DNA of 32,131 nt, from positions 1 through 32,131 of the forward strand of contig CAMYJM010000008.1 of assembly GCA_947258635.1 (NCBI GenBank), read 5' to 3'. The notes below the pieces were generated by a model. It worked only from the letters and a program-made list of their open reading frames with translations. It was not told where the DNA came from and ran no database searches. This document shows, piece after piece, positions 31,804 to 32,131 of this stretch (position 1 is its first letter; each line of letters begins with the position of its first letter). Both the position numbers and the translations under genes were made by a program. Source of the stretch: an uncultured Acidimicrobiaceae bacterium. GTDB lineage: Bacteria > Actinomycetota > Acidimicrobiia > Spongiisociales > UBA5794.

Positions 31804-32131
31804 TCAGTCCCAGCTGCACAATCCCTGGTAGTCGACCTGGATCACAGGGTGACCGTGGCTTTCGATCACCGTTGGAATCAGGCAGGCGTCGATCGAGCCG
31901 TCCGGCTCAACGATGAACTGGGCTACTGCAGTAGTCGCCCCCGCCGTCGAGAGCCGGGGCCATACGAAGTTGCCGAGGCTCCATGCAATCGGCCGGCCCT
32001 CGTAGAAGTCGAGCGGCTGGAGCCGATGCGGGTGGTGCCCGAAGATCCCGTCGGCCCCGGCGTCGATCATGGCGTGGGCCCGCTCGATGTCTTCGCGGCG
32101 TGGCTTGGTGTCGAGCTCAACTCCCCAATGG
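31804..32131 (-). CDS. CapA-family (poly-gamma-glutamate capsule synthesis/metallophosphatase-like) protein, C-terminal part; gene runs off the right edge
   Basis: The frame stays open to the window edge. Hand translation gives HWGVELDTKPRREDIERAHAMIDAGADGIFGHHPHRLQP...WSLGNFVW, which matches CapA motifs (HWG.E, GHHPH, SLGNF). Confidence 0.7.
   Translation of the reverse strand, partial: HWGVELDTKPRREDIERAHAMIDAGADGIFGHHPHRLQPLDFYEGRPIAWSLGNFVWPRLSTAGATTAVAQFIVEPDGSIDACLIPTVIESHGHPVIQVDYQGLCSWD

Noticed and set aside
31376-31819. 147-aa minus-strand ORF with a signal-peptide-like stretch (GRVLAALLTASIGTSQLVLGAGA)
   Set aside because: Its 3' 184 nt overlap the unambiguous RRM gene on the opposite strand. 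Its 5' end overlaps the CapA-family gene end (16 nt), and codons 7-16 read through the 28-nt palindrome. No RBS.
1-32131. Whole-window scan for CRISPR arrays, tandem or direct repeats, tRNA/rRNA, IS elements, integrases, toxin-antitoxin pairs and defence-type ATPases or nucleases
   Set aside because: I could see nothing of these kinds on either strand. The only repeat-like structures are the short hairpins and palindromes reported above and the diverged inverted duplication formed by the two MMPL genes. A by-eye scan cannot exclude short or degenerate elements. tRNAscan, Infernal and a repeat finder would settle this.

Overview
High-GC segment (about 65-70% by eye) that looks like Actinomycetota chromosome. 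Supporting this: a pgsA1-acyltransferase-pimA phosphatidylinositol-mannoside (PIM) operon, mycothiol synthase MshD, and a mycothiol-type DinB/TIGR03086 protein. I call 33 protein-coding genes. Two are cut by the window edges and one looks frameshifted. By eye I find no rRNA, tRNA, CRISPR array, long tandem repeat, transposase, integrase or phage gene, and no recognisable defence island.

Content from left to right:
- PIM lipid operon (minus strand), citrate synthase, and a 2-TM protein.
- Two convergent paralogous RND/MMPL-type transporters around a small single-pass ORF.
- thrS, then an APH-fold protein with both catalytic Asp replaced by Asn, and a small zinc-ribbon membrane protein.
- mshD, a patatin-like lipase, a DivIVA-domain protein, an isolated Flp pilin, and a split peptidase C26/GATase gene.
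- Acyltransferase-3, a GlsB/YeaQ protein, and a same-strand string of enolase-superfamily, DUF1801, class V PLP enzyme, Lon-N domain and PEBP genes.
- A VOC protein, then an FrhB-like Fe-S protein followed by a non-pyrrolysine MttB-family methyltransferase.
- A secreted protein with tail-fibre-like repeats.
- A tightly coupled CMD/NTF2/Zn-dehydrogenase operon divergent from a DinB-like gene.
- A 585-bp gene-poor stretch, an RRM RNA-binding protein, and a truncated CapA-family gene.

Best candidates for something undescribed, none proven:
1. The FrhB-like plus MttB-family pair, which has no corrinoid partner in the window.
2. The convergent MMPL pair inserted between thrS and the PIM operon.
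3. The APH-fold pseudokinase.

All functional calls come from motif recognition by eye. No database search or structure prediction was run.
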